Shown here: positions 36,599 through 51,400 of the stretch, one piece after another
Position numbering within the stretch: the stretch's first letter is position 1
Layout: every line of letters starts with the position of its first letter
The notes under the pieces: generated by a model
Seen by the model: the letters and a program-made list of their open reading frames with translations, nothing else
What the model was told of the DNA's origin: nothing
Database searches by the model: none
Translations under genes and position numbers: made by a program
Origin: Lingula anatina
Taxonomy: Eukaryota > Animalia > Brachiopoda
Length of the DNA: 64,000 nucleotides
Assembly (NCBI GenBank): GCA_051362555.1
Contig: CM120640.1
Location: forward strand, 45,238,788-45,302,787
Reading direction: 5' to 3'

Positions 36599-39541
36599 GG
36601 GGGGGGGGTCCACTCTAATCTATATCAAAATTTGATCTTGTTTCTTTTTCATATTTCTTGTTTGTTTAGGTTCAGGTTGCATGTAGAATATCAGTACAAA
36701 AAGATGAGACTAAGAAAAAAAGAATGATTTTTTTCTGCCATTGCTAATTAATTTAGGTATAAAAGAAAAATAAATAAATGTTACATTTAAGCATACTGTC
36801 AAAATATTTGATTCTTGTCAGAGAAAACCCAGCATGGTTTTAATATATAACTTCTTCTTATCACCCCTCCTCCACCCTCCACAAACAAACATATGCATAC
36901 TTCTGCACTTACATGCCAAGTCATGGTCTGCATTCCCTTCAAAAAACATCAATCAGTAAAAGTCACCTTGATGATACTGTTACCATCCTTTAAGATTAAG
37001 CAAATTTTCTTTTGATGCATTTATTCACCTCATAGTTGTCTAACTAGAGTCGTGTTAGTTTTATGTTATAGGCATCCTCCCTGTAGTTTCCTCCTTTATT
37101 CCTTCAAGGTACCAACTATTTAAATGGAGATGCTGAAGACAGTCCGTGTCCACCAATACTTCACACACCAGGAATGAAACAGATCCGGACAAAGCCGTCA
37201 CTCCCTAAAAGCCCGGTGTTACAATCCTTGAAAACAGGATCAGTGGAAAGCCCAGTTCCACCAGTGCTAAAGACACCAGGGGTTAAACAGATTAAAAAAG
37301 GAATGTTTCAGGAAAAAACAAATAGTGACAGTCTGGGAGACATGCAGGTTTGTATTATTTTGTAAAGGGGAAAATGTGAATATTTGAAGTGTTTCATTCC
37401 TTAGTGTTTTGCACCACTTCAACTTTTTTTCAAATTCTGTATGAATTTTTATATGTCTTATTATCTCCAAAGAAAGTGTAAGAAAATCAGCATTTGCATC
37501 CCAATTCACTCCAAAATATTGGTTGGAAGGAAAGGACTGAGAGAAGAAAAACCTGGGAATGTGCCAAGCTGCATTTAGTAAAATATATTTAATTCAATAA
37601 ACCATGACAAGTAGCCATGACAATCTCTTAAAATGTTCTTTGTTGATATATTGTTCATAAGAAAGGCACTGGTGTAGTATTTTATTTCAAGAGTACCAGA
37701 CAAAGACACTTTTCCTTGACAGAATATAGTAAAAACTACTTTGACTCATGTTTCAGGTGCCAAGTGCCCCAGAATTACAAAGCTTGAATCCTGAAGACCT
37801 CCCAGAACCAGAAGCCCCAGAACTTACCATGAAGTTTGAAGTAAGTCTTTTATCAGAGCTGACTTATTCTGAGAGGAGACATTTTCATCACTTTCTTTAT
37901 TTCATGGAACCACCTTTGAAAAATGAATTTTCATCTTTGCTTTTCCTCAAAGGAAATGATTATCACTCTATTCTAGGTCAGTGTCTTTATGGCTTTCCTG
38001 CTGTCTTAATTGCATTTTCAAGTAGGAAATTTCTTTTGAAAAACCAAGGGTGTTATTTGCACATATTAATATTTTCCTCCTTTTCATCTACACCGGAAAG
38101 GATGTGTTACTTTACCCGTTTTTTCTCTGAACTGATTTAACATCTGTTAGATTATGAAATTTTGCATCTTCTGGGGCCCACAATAAGGAAAAAAATTGTT
38201 GATTATTTTTTTGTGAGTGTACATCATTTATTCAGAGAGATAACTACATATATAGGAAATATAGCATAGATCTCAAAAATTTTAACAAACTGAAAAACTG
38301 ATGATTTCACACTCAATATTCAATATGCAATTCACTTGTTCATATCCAATAACCATTCTTTTACTTTAGCATTTTTCCTGGGAAGAAAATTCTTTCCATT
38401 TTTAATAATAACAATATTAATAGTAATAATGGTTATTTGTAAGTTAAAGTTGCCTGTTACATTTACGGAACTGTTTTATTTAGAACCAGAAACTTCATGT
38501 TAGCATCTTAGCACTGTTCTACTATAATATTTTCAGATGTTTATGTTTAGAAAATTTTTCTTGTGTAGGAATACCAGCAATTCTACGAGGACTTCACCAG
38601 GCCTCTTAACCCTCTGACTGCACAGGATGTACAAAAGCTCAGTGCTCCAGTGGCAGATAAGGGATATGACCAGATCTCAACAAGGGACACTGCTTTAGTT
38701 CAAATAAAAGCCACAGAGACTGATAAAAATGGTTTTCAACAGGACTGGGACATGCCCCAACCACCAGTGTTATCAATGAAGTACACCTTTAACAGCACTG
38801 AGGAATTGCAGGAGAATATTCCACCAAGGGAGAACAGTAACAAGACATGCCCAGGGTAAGTCTTCTGTGAAAACAGGATGGATTTCCAATATCCTTCAAA
38901 CCAAGGCTGTGTTGAGAATAAAATGTTGCAAGTGGTATCTAATCTAATATCAAGGATTTGGGCTTTAAAAACAACAGTGCACAAGCAATTCTGAATTCGA
39001 TTTTGTACATGGTTTCTGACATTTTCACATCTTTTCAGCCAGATGTCAAACATTTTTTTGTAATTTTATAAAATCATCTCTCATTTCAGTATGGCCATGA
39101 TTTCTGAAGATGAATATGCCTCTCTCCAAGACTACCTTCAGAGGCAGTTGCCTCTAAAACTTATAAACAACACTTTGCAGAAAATAAATGATATCTGTCA
39201 GAAAAAGATGAGTGGTAAGTGAATAACTTCATTCACAAAGTATATTCTAGGTTGATTGGATATAAGAGAACTTATTTATGAGCAAATTATTACAGAAAAT
39301 GGATTTGGTAATTATTGTTTTTGCACTGATGATGTGCACTCCGCTGAAATATATGTGATTAACATTTTATTTACTTCCATTTTCAGCTGGTCATAAGGGA
39401 CAGATCTCCGAGTCTGAGTTAAGAGACAATATTGATCTCGGACCTAAAACCAAATCTATGTTACTATTGCTGGTCAAACTACACAGACTTCAAACGCGAG
39501 CCAGGAATTCACTTACTGATCCAATTTATGAAATTCTGTGA
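34450..39541 (+). CDS. SKA3: Spindle and kinetochore-associated protein 3, about 571 aa
   Basis: Exons: 34450-34623 (MDKKHDFFTQLRRLAATTEKE..LQ), 34848-35004 (..YLQQYGYNP), 35390-35519, ~35864-36061 (KTPSLADFGL), 36358-36524, 37109-37347, 37757-37840, 38569-38855, 39090-39214 and 39387-39541. The N-terminal F..LR.LA, YGY.P and (S/T)P.L.DFGL motifs match SKA3 as I recall it, and many TP/SP CDK sites are present. The exon 4 acceptor is uncertain. Confidence 0.85.
36155..36196. repeat. Poly-T tract
   Basis: Direct reading. Confidence 0.95.
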
Positions 39542-41708
39542 TCAAGTTTACAAATAAAAAAAAGACCACATTGTAACACTTTTAATACATAAATTGTCAT
39601 TGAACTGGGGTGCCTATGTGAAATTCCATATAAAGCCACTTGAATTGATTTTTACTGCATGAAAGGCTTCTTTAACAAGCTCGATTCCCTGACATTTTGC
39701 TCGAATAATTTGATGTTATTTTTTAGGGAACAGTCATTAAATATTATTACTGTTTTAGCGCTGTTTACTTGCTTTAATGTAAAAAGATAGGTTGTCATCA
39801 TTACTATATATTACTTGTATTGTAAGTTTAATATGTAAGTTTTGTTTTACAAACTTTTGCAGATTTCAAACAGGCTTGAAAAATGCTTGAAATTGCCATC
39901 TGATTTGGAAAGGGTATTGGCATTTTGTTTTGTCCTTGAAAAGTACTTGAATTTGATCACTAGTGAGCAATTTGTCAAAAATTATTACAATTATTGTTGT
40001 TTTTAAGTTGATTCAAGTCAATGATTTGCAGAAGGCAAATTAGCTTTTTGGACATCATTTTTTTTTTCATGTTTTATGCAAGTTCCAAGAATTATTTTGT
40101 GTCGAAATACAAATGTTTACATGAAAATGAAATATCTTTTCATTTCTTTCGTTTGTGCACTTATAAATGACAGTAATCTGCCTTGTTAACATTCAGAAAG
40201 TACTCGGAAAAGTACTCAAATTAGACCCTCAAAAATCCTAGAAAGTCTTTGAATTTGTTTTTAATAAATGATGTTTTGTGAAAAGTATGTAATGTTTTTG
40301 CTGATATCGTTTCCTAAAATTTAGATGCACAAGCATAAACCATTTCTTGAAGTTTTGAAGCATGCTTTTGCAACTGATTCACTGTAAACTTAAAAAAAAA
40401 ACTATAAATATTATTTACATGGATTAATATCCATATGGAAATTTAAATAATACATACCAATATTGCATCTAACCAATGTCACAAAATGAAAGACAAATGA
40501 AGGAATTGCTGCCACTTTAGATTTTATTTACTTAATATTAATCAATACTTGTCATTTGTTCTTGAATCAGTTGAGAAAAGACTGGGAACACTGCATTCCT
40601 TGGTTTTGTAATAGACATATTAAGCTTCCACTAGATACCGCAAGTTTCCAAGAAGCCAACACATTTCAAAAATGGGGTTTTGAGGTTAGCTTTTTGTCGC
40701 TATTTCCCTCCCTAATAGTCCTGTTTTTGTGCCCTGCGTCAGAGACAAAGTAATCTTTATTCAAGAGACTTACTGATCTTGGAAGTAATAAATAAGATTT
40801 ATTGCTAACAATTGGACTGTTTACAATATTGTTTTTACATATGAATGTTATCCTACTTCCACAGTTTACTACATCTCTTACAAACAAAAACCTGTACAAG
40901 ACTTGGTACAATATAGTTTTACTTTGCTATGTACATAAAAATGTTTTCTGCTATGATATTTCTTGACAATTAAAATGCTTAGACATGGAATGTTAGCATG
41001 AGACCAAATTCAACACCATGATAGATATACCTGAAAATTGTGCTCAAAATATAAAGAATATTAAACATTTAACAATATCTAGCACCAATTCAATATACAG
41101 TTTAACAACAGCGATTTAACAATCTATTATTTATAGAATAAAACGAAATATTTTCTGGAACTCCCAGGATGATAAAAATAGCATGTGTCTGACTAAAAAA
41201 GCGAGTTATACTCGATATAAAACAAAACATGACAATAGTGAAATATCCAAAATTAGCATGATTAATAAACAAGCATGAACTATACATAAAGAACTGACAT
41301 TCTTTGCAATTTTAACATGATTATTTACAGACCTATAGTTGCAGAAATCGCTTGTCTTTCCAATTTTTTCTTATTATTTATGTGCCACTGGCTAAGATTA
41401 TAGAAAAAACATGATAGGTGTAAAAAATAAGTTAACAGCAGGACCCCTCATGCATATATCTGAATAAAATGTTTGGCAGACTTTAATTTTTTTAAAGACT
41501 ATCAAAATTCGAATGAGAATTTTTTCCAATGCATTACATAGTTGCAACAATAGAAACAAACATGTTCCAATCCATAAATCTGTACATAATATTTTCAAAT
41601 TAGTACTCAGTCTGTAAATTTGTGACAATAAATTCAGCTGTTTTTCCAGGCATTTGTAAATGGCCTTGGTTCTATATTGATTACATGTGGCTTGTATCCT
41701 TCTATTGA

Positions 41709-41739
<31 letters not shown>

Positions 41740-42435
41740 TTTTTACTTTAATTTGGTTTGTACTTGAAATATGGACAAATTACCACTATTGAAGCATGCT
41801 AAGTAGAAAAAAAAAATTGGAAACATGAATTGAAGAACATATAAAAACATTACTGTAGTTAATACAAACTCAGTAGTAAATCAAAAGTTATGGGAACAAA
41901 TTTTTTCCTAGAAATGGGTATACAACATTTGTATCTTCTAAGTAGAATCTTAATCAAATCGAATACACAACAATAAACATGAAGACTGAATTTTTAACCA
42001 ATTTTGTAATTAGATCTAATACATTAGTAGTTACATGTAAATAATGATATTAGTTTCATATAAATGCCCTACTAAGTACCTCCAAAACTCCCCTTTCTAA
42101 GGCTACATGCTCACTACAAAGTGGTACCTCTTCATCCAAGATAATGCATACATCAAACACACATATGCTGATTCTTCACATTGCACTTATTATTTCAATC
42201 ATTGCTGCGTCTGGAAACAAACTTATCATGAATCTTTATAGCAGAAACAAACCACTTGGCAGCCAATTAAAGTGAAAAGTTAACGTTTTTTCTCTTCAGG
42301 GGTCAGAACTTGTTAATGAATATTGATATTATTCTTAGTTTTTATGATAATGAACTGAATTTTCCTCTTACGAAACTTTCATGAGTTGCTCTTGATTTCA
42401 ATCCCAATATTCAAACTGAATTTTCTTCTTAGTGT

Positions 42436-45400
42436 TTATAAGTGGCTCTTGGTTTCAATCCCAACATTCGCTTTGACAAGTTCGAGAATCTGTGGCGAGG
42501 CCTCAATGTGATGTTTTTCCATGTACACTTTACTGTTCTCCTCAGTTTTTTCTAAGAAGTAGCAATAATTGATCATCATTCCACAAGAGGCACTCAGTCC
42601 CCTGGTTGTGGTGTCAGCTAGCCAGTTCAAGCGCCACATAACAGCACCATTCCTCAAATGAAAGTTTGCTGTAAACATTCAGAGTTAATTGCATCAGTTC
42701 ACACAATGCCTGTGCCCTATTCCAAAGTAGTTGATAAAATAGGGTCACAACTATAAACAGACTCATTATTTCAAAGCTGTTGATACTTAAAAGCATATTC
42801 AAAAAATAAAAAATAATTAAAACTTGAAAAACAATTTGCAAAAATTTTATTACAAAGAGTAGCACATCACAGATAAAAAATAATTATTATACATTTATCA
42901 ACTTACCAACAGGATTAAAAGCAAATCCTCTCCTCTTTTCTACATACAGATACCTTGCACAAAGTCTCATTAATGGCTCCTTTAAAAGGTCAGGCAAAAA
43001 TTCACTTTGAGCCCAATTATTTGTTTTGATAAGTTTCATTATTGTCTCTATTGTGGATTTGTCTCTGGTATCTCCGACATTGTCTGCAATCTCTTGCAGC
43101 TCTCTACCAGTGAACAGCTTCTGCTCTGGGTATTCACCTGCAGCTGATTTCATGAAATCAAAATATAATTTCAAATTTAATATTTCTAAAGAACAGATTA
43201 CAAATGCTAGTTATCTATATATAATGCTCTGTTTTGTGCAGATGCTTAAAAAATAAAACAGAAAAAAGATTGGTAAACACATTGCACAAACATGCACAGG
43301 CATATGTCATCAGATATACAGACAAATACAGCATACAAGTATCTTAACATCCTTCCTGTTCAAATAAGGAAGAAGTGCAGACCTTTTATCATCTTATTTC
43401 ATCTTCACACAAAAAAGAAGTGTAAATCAAGTCATGCCAGTGTTTTGTTTATGTACAGTGTCTAGAATAAGATTACACTGAAATATATGATTCACTTCCT
43501 AGGCAAGTTCCCTTTTCTTGTGTTGATAGTGCTTCCAATATGAAATTCAATAACAAAGAATTAATCATTTTCCAAGGACATACACAAACCATGAGACACC
43601 GTAAACAAAAGATGTTTGATTAACTCTGACTAAATAAAAACGGATTTCAATTTTTTTTTTAACAAACCAAAACTTAAGTTTCAAAATACAATTTATGCTG
43701 TAATCAACTGATTCAGAGTCAAATACACTACTTTATATATTAGCTAATCCAGAATTTCAAGAAGCCCCCATCTCAACTGCAAGTATTTTTTTTTAATGAT
43801 GCATTTGAGGAATTTTGCAGTACTGTTTACATGCCACCTGTTTCTCTAGGCATCAATGTGGGTTTTTCTCCACTTTCGACTAAATGATTTCAATTTTTTA
43901 ACAAACCAAAACTAGTTTCAATATACATTTTATGTTGTAATCAACAGATTCAGAGCCAAATACACTTTTTATTTATTTGCTGATCCAGAAATTCAAGAAG
44001 TGCCTACTTCAACTGCAAGTAATGTTTTATTATTTATATTATTATTATTTTTTATAATGATGCAATTTGAGGAATTTTGCAGTACTGGGTACATGCCACC
44101 AGTTTCTGTAGGCTTCAATGTGCCTTTTCTCCACTTTTGGTAATATTTTAGGGGGCAGGATCTGATATACATGTATTCTTCATAGTTCCAAAAAGAAACA
44201 GAATATGATCCTTCAATATAAACTTCATGAATGGTTTCTTTTCATATATCCCTGCCACACTGCCAAGAGTACCTCAACCCCAGGGACCTCATCCCCTGCC
44301 ATTGCCTCCTTATTATTGACAAAAAAGTGAAAAAAAAGGAATCATCAACCCCATGGGCAGCCCTCCCCATATGCACATTAAAATTTGAAAGGGTCACTAT
44401 ATACCTTAATATGAAAGGTCTAACTTACTATCTATCCCAAAAGTTTCAAGTCCATCACTTGTTTTGAGGAGATAGCAGAAATCACAATGTGAAATAAACT
44501 AATACATTAATAGAATCATCCACCCTCAGGGACAGCCCCACATCCTAGTGCACTAAAATTCAAAAGGGCCCATGCATAACCCTGATGACACGTCTATTTA
44601 TCTTCAAAATTTAGACTTCCTCACTTCAACAGTCAAAGAGGAGACTGCAAAAATTACAAATGAACAGACAGATGGACGAAGAAGTCACACGAACAGGCAG
44701 CTTGAATAACACGATCCCTGACTTACGTCACAAAAGTGGGTTGGGTAATAACTTTGCATGACAAATAAGTCTACCATTAAAGAAGACACTCAGGTAAACC
44801 ATGCACCTATAAACATTATAGTCACCATAAGTTGTATAACTCACCTTCTGCATGAAGATATCTGTTCATCTCTAGCAGAAGCCACTCTCTGAATCCAGGA
44901 ATGGGCGATAAGCTGGCAAACTGCTGAATCTGTGAGAATTCAGACTGCAGTTCTTGAACAACTCTCTTGATTAAATAATTACCCAACTCAATACCTTGGA
45001 GACCTGAATGATTTCCAAGAAAGCAAAATATGTATAAGATATGAAAAGATAAGTAACCAATTGTTTCAACTTTAATTTTATGTCATTCTATATCATATTT
45101 TTGCATGCATTTTGACGAGACAGAGGCAAACATAAATGATTTAAAAACTGTCATAAACAAGTAACTTTCCGTGGTAAAAATTAAATCTTTGCCTCAGATA
45201 TTGAACATATTTCACAATTATACATGTAACTTTAAAAATGTCTGAAAATACATACATTTTCCTTTCTTCTTTTCCCCAAAAATATATATTCTAACTGACT
45301 ATGGGAAACTGCTGTGCCTGTTTGAAATGTATTATTTTACTTCAGATTCTCAAAATATTATGGAAAGTGAACTTCCCAAAATTTCAACCCCCAATGTTGT

Positions 45401-48400
45401 TTAATTTACATGCAATAATACTTACCTTTTTGTGTTGAAGTTATTGAATAAAAAATAGCAGTATTGACAGAATTAGGATCTTCCTTCCTTGCACCATTTA
45501 CACTTGATTCCTGCTCTAAACCAGGATGACTAACAATGGACTGTAAAAAAGTTGGAAAAAAAACCCGAAATCAATCTCATGTGAACATACTCAAGAACCT
45601 TGTATCAACCCCTTTGGCTGAAATTAAATTATATTTTGACATGATATACAGATATTGACTGTTTTGCCTAATCATATATCTAACTATTTGTCTCTTGGGG
45701 AGATATGGTTCATACTAGTAGATTTCCTGCCTGAAGCTACATACCTTTATAAAGCTAGATTTTTAAAATTGCTATTCACTCTATGAATTATATGAATACT
45801 AAAAATAATCCAATGAGAATATGAAAATGGTTAAAAGTAAGGGTACTCTAGAAAAGAGGAAAGGTTTTCAGTAAAAAATGAAAGCTATAAATACACTTAT
45901 GTTCCTGGTCTAAAAAAAAAATCATCCAAATATAATAATTTCTTGCTCTTCTATCTGCTGGATCTGAAGAATGGTTTATATTACTGTTATCATCTGCTAA
46001 GACCTGTATCCATCTTCAAACCAATTTGCTAAAAAGTACCTTTCCCATCAGTATAATCTATCTGTGTAAAATAATACCTCTACATAGACATCAATTTCAT
46101 AAGCAATAAAAACTGACAACTCACTTATAAAGCTATTTTTATCTCATGCAGGCACTTAATAAATTTCTAAGAAAAGAGGCCTGTAGTCAATAAAAACCTT
46201 GATCACCAATCAGAATTCTAACCCAGGCTAATTTCATGTTTCTGTGTATCATATGTTGCTATAACATTCTGAAAATAGTATTTGGCTAAATTATAGAAGG
46301 TATTTTGTTACTATGATCCATTTTATACCCTTTTTTAGTTGGGTATTGCATTAAAAACTTATTTTCAGAATATCATTAATTCTAAAGAGTTCCACGTGGA
46401 AATCAAACTGCTACATTCAGTGAAGCTTGATTATATTTATTCTATCAACTTTTTTAAAACTGTTAGAACATGTTTTTACTTCATTTGCACTGAGAACATA
46501 AAATATTACCATTTGCAATGAGAGATATTAACAAATATCAGATCACATGATTTGAAAATGAAATTCATACTCAATATGCATGTAACTAAATAATTTCACT
46601 GGATACAAATAAAAATATTTTTACCTCTAAAAATCTCAAGTGACATCTGTACAAAAAAAAAACAATGAAGATGAGCACCAACTGATTATAGCTTCCATGT
46701 AAATGCTATCGTTTCCAATGTACCTCGAGTCTACTGAAACTCTGCTCTATATCCAGTCCATATTACACTGCATTTTAGGTGGTGATTTCACAACATTTCT
46801 GGCTGTAGAAGTAACTTGCTTAATCACTCAGAAACAAAGTGCGTCTTTACCAGATATTTCACCTGTGAGAGTTGTGTGAAGATCAATCATGCTATCTTTT
46901 AATTAAAATTGGTAAACATCAACAAACAACGGTTCATCTGCTTACTATAAACACATAGTCTGTACCTGAATACTGTTGGATATTTCATCTGTCAGAGCTG
47001 TATGGAGTACCACAACCGGTTCTCTTGGCATGCTGTGATGTGTGAAGACATAACATCTGCGATATGGTCCCACACGTCGCTTGAGATCAGTCCAATTTCT
47101 GATTGGATGGACAGCTTCATATTCTGATATCTTGAATAAAAAAATTAAAAAATGATTACATTGCAAGATAGTAAATGCCAATATGAAACATTATTTGTAC
47201 ATATATCTTACGTTAACGCTTTAATAAATTACATGTTTTGACAGTTGAGCTACATGTACTTTTAAAATAAATGTTGGACGCTTGAGTTGAAAATCAGTGG
47301 TGTTACTGTATTTTAAATAAATATAAGTACACAAGGTACTGGAAAAATAAAATATAACATCCTGTGTCCATTTAGAGAAAGGATGATGCCAATAAAGAGA
47401 AAAGACACCCACTTACTCCTTATCCCCATATCGATTTTCTTAAATCCTTAACAAACACTAGGGAGAACTTTCAATTTGCACTATAAATGCAACACCAATT
47501 TTCAGAGATCTCATGGGTAACACAAGTAAGGCATTTGCCCCTTTTTTAGCTGATTTTATTGATTTGGCACTTGCACATTAACCCACTTTGTACCACTTTT
47601 TACAACACACACACCATCAAAATGAATTATCAGTCAATTAAAAAGTATCGTCAGAGCCCTGAATCTATTAAAAACATTTCTTTCCACAGAAAGGAAACTT
47701 ATCTCAGAAGAAAAATGCAAGGTACTTCTCATTTTCACTGAATTTCAAATATCACGGAAAAGAAACGGAATTTAATATTATCTATTTTTTTTCTTTTTTC
47801 TCAAATGACATGACCAGAAATTATTATCAAATGACACTGGCTCAGATAGTAACAAATCATCTTGCCCCAGTCTATCTGGGATACTGGATTTCCAAGAAAT
47901 CAAAGATTACCTTTTGTAAGACATCGCATGCAGATTCCCAAGTGACCCTCTCTAATGTCATGAATCCTACTGAGAACCAAATGGCAATGAGATCTCTCAA
48001 GTGGTTGATCAACGATTTAAGGTAAGGATTATCTTGATCTGTACTGTGACAAGTGGTATTCAGAAGATGCTAAAATAAAAATTTTTGAAAAAATGAAGTA
48101 CTCACTAACAATATTAATTTTCCGATTACTGTTATTGTTTTTTCCCCTGATCAGCTTATTTGTATTGCTGGTACCAAGAAAACATTTTCCATCAAAATAG
48201 AAACAATGCTCTATTGACAATGTTCCAAGGCCATACAGTTTACCACAACATGTTCCTTTCAAAGAATATAAAAACCTATACAAGTACATCAAATGATAAA
48301 AAGCTGACATCAATTTCATGTGACTAAAATAAATTCCATCATAGGATGGGCACAAAGCATTAATTTTGACAACTGCTGTGACAAATCTATACAGTATCTG

Positions 48401-51400
48401 TCCATGATATGAGGAAAAAAAAACAATATCTTCAAATAATTTACACTTCAAAAATATATACAAGTATACAAATGACATATTTTCAATGAACATTTAACAT
48501 TATCGTAATTACTATAAATGACTAAAAGTTAAAGTATTTTACCTTAAACATATTTGTGAATGAATAATTGCTTGTTTGTTTGCTTGCAATTGTCTATACA
48601 TCTACTCACCAGAATATCTGCTCTCATATCAACCAAAAACTTCACACCATCATTTAAATGACCAATCTGTGTAAAAACTAGATTATATTTGGGAACTAAT
48701 GCATGCTTCAGCCTTTCTTCTGTTTTCAGCAGGACACCCTCTCCTCTTTCCTAATGAAAAAATGTCAATGCAGAAGAAAAAAATAAATATCACCAAAAAC
48801 AGGCATATATGTTAAATAAATATTCAAACAACTTTGAATTTATAAGAAATGCAAATCTGAAAGGCTAAGGTATAGTTCTCATCCAATCCATTGATTTTTT
48901 TTTTTTTTTTACAATATAATAAAGAATTAGTAATATTTAACATATAAATCCCCTTTGCACAACTTATTGTTGTAGGTACTTTTCCAGTCTGCTAATTATT
49001 TAGACATTTTGGTACATTGCTAAATATATAGAATAAAATTTGAGCTTAACCGGTCTATACCAAATATGACTGACATATCTTTACTGGACAAATTTAAAAT
49101 CTAATAAATAATGCATTCTTGGAACTATTATGCAAGGTGCCATTCACTTTAGAAAAATTCCCAACCATAACCTAAAACATGGGACATTTCCAATCACAGA
49201 AAAACTAAGATGTACATCCATCTAGTCACAAAATATAAATTGTCTGTTCCAATCTACAGTTCCATTTTTGCAATCATCCTTACTAGTGCTTCTCTCACAA
49301 GACCTGCACTAATTTGAAATGGCCGTCAACAATAATTACCAAGTGCCTGTTCTTGGAATCCAGTCAACTAATGATGCAATGGTCATTTCTGAGAAACTGT
49401 ATGCTGACAGATATAGATGGAAACATGCAGGGCATGATTAGGCAGCACGCTATTGCTTACAGACTCCACACGAATCTTCAGTGTAGGTGAACACAAGTAT
49501 ACTCTTTAAACATGTGACAAACAGGCTCATGGGCAGGGGACTGGGTGTTTTGGAGGGGGGGGGGGGGGGTGATACATGAACCACCCTGGACATGTCTGCT
49601 CTGAATCAAAATTTGATCATGCCATCAGAACTAATGAGTTTTCATTCTTTTGCAAAACAGCATGGTAAGGAATATGCATGTATTTCCTAATTGTAAGACA
49701 TCTTCAAACCATGTATACTCAGAAACAAAATAGTATCACTTGGTTCATGTTCTCTGAAAATCATCAGGCTGGACAAGATTGAGATACCTATAGGAGCAAA
49801 AGCATGACATGTGTCTCTAAAGGTACATTTGTTGCTAAAGATATCAAACAACCATTTTATTAACCAGAATGAATATTGTTTTTATAATATGGCCACAATT
49901 CCAATTGTGAAGATATATATGATTTTCAGGCAATATGACCAGTGTCTTTAGACTAATAACACAAGTTGGATAAAAATAAACTAAAATCCACAAAATATAT
50001 TGAACATTTTTTAGGAAAGAGAGAAATCCTATGTCTCCCTATGTCTCCTCAAACTATGGCCACAGATTCCAGGCATCAGGATCTTTAGTTATCACACCAA
50101 TGAGCTCACTGCATGTTATATTAAGTTCAGTGACATCTCTACGGTACCTTTCCCCAGATTGTGTTGCATGGCTGACCAGAATATTGTTTGTACATTTCTT
50201 GGAACAGATTCCAAGAAAGTATTGATCAATCCTTTATACAAATACCCTGTGAGCAGCAGGAGCGTTGTCTGCCTGCTGCAGGCTTTTGTCTTTTAAGGAA
50301 ATGTGCCAAATAAGATTTTTCGTGATGACAATTGTATTTAAAATGTACTCTTAGTAGAGGTTCATGTATTAGGCAAAATAACATCACACTCACCAGAATG
50401 TGCAAAAACATTATGGCAGTAAAAGATACTGCGTAAAGGAATCAGACTTTTTATGGCGAAAGTTTATCAAATTCAGCAGCTATGCCTCTCTGTTCACAGA
50501 CGTGATTTTGAACTTATCAACAAATTCGTCAGATTCCATTATGCTGCTGCAATCAATAATACTTGTTTGTAAGGAAAAAGCAGATTAATGCTGGTGCAAA
50601 TCTTTATACATGCCAGTAATTTAGTGCTAGTTAAAACTGTTCATATATTTAGTAAGTAATCTTCACTCAAACAGTAAGTTATTTGTGGTTATTTATATTT
50701 CAGGTAAAAAATGAAAGAAAATTATTTTTGAATTAATATTTTCTGCTATGGAGTTTTCTAATATCAGTACTAACTATTATCTTTATGATAATTGATATTT
50801 CAAAGCAGGTTACATCTCTTTAAACGATAAAATCATTACACCAGCTAAAAAGAAATTATATATCTTGAGGGTATTTTTGAGTCTGGAACTTCAAAGTGAT
50901 GATTGGTATGTTCGTTTATCAGAAATTTGTCAATGATGCCAGGGTCATTGCTTGTTTGTAATAAGCTTTTTTCATGACAACAATTTCTTTTAAATGTTTT
51001 CTTACAGGTACATGTATGATAATGAGGCAAAGTAGCATCATGCTGTAACATCATACTGTAATAATGTAATAATTCCCAAATTGCATCTAATAAACAGTCA
51101 CTTTATAGTAAGGATATTGTCACCCTTTACCCAAAACTCCTTATTTGCTGCCATACATACATTCTTTTGGATAACAGATAAATCTCCAGTGTTCAGTGAC
51201 TAATTTAACTAACAATTTTACATATGTCATCTTACAGGTGATGTCGTAATTGCGATTTGGGGGTAAAAATTGAAAAATCGGTTTCTCAAATACCATACCG
51301 ATTGCTATCTTACCTCAAGATAGAAAGGTGTGAAGTTGACAAATAAAGCTTTGAGTTGCCAATGCTTATACATTGCAATAAGAAATATAAAAGCCGAATT

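Noticed and set aside
39860-40260. CTTGAAAAGTACTTGAA-type repeats after SKA3
   Set aside because: Probably a decayed DNA-transposon fragment; termini could not be defined.
44180-44760. Degenerate DINE/Helentron-like remnant (similar one at ~49050-49500)
   Set aside because: Too eroded to delimit or classify by eye.
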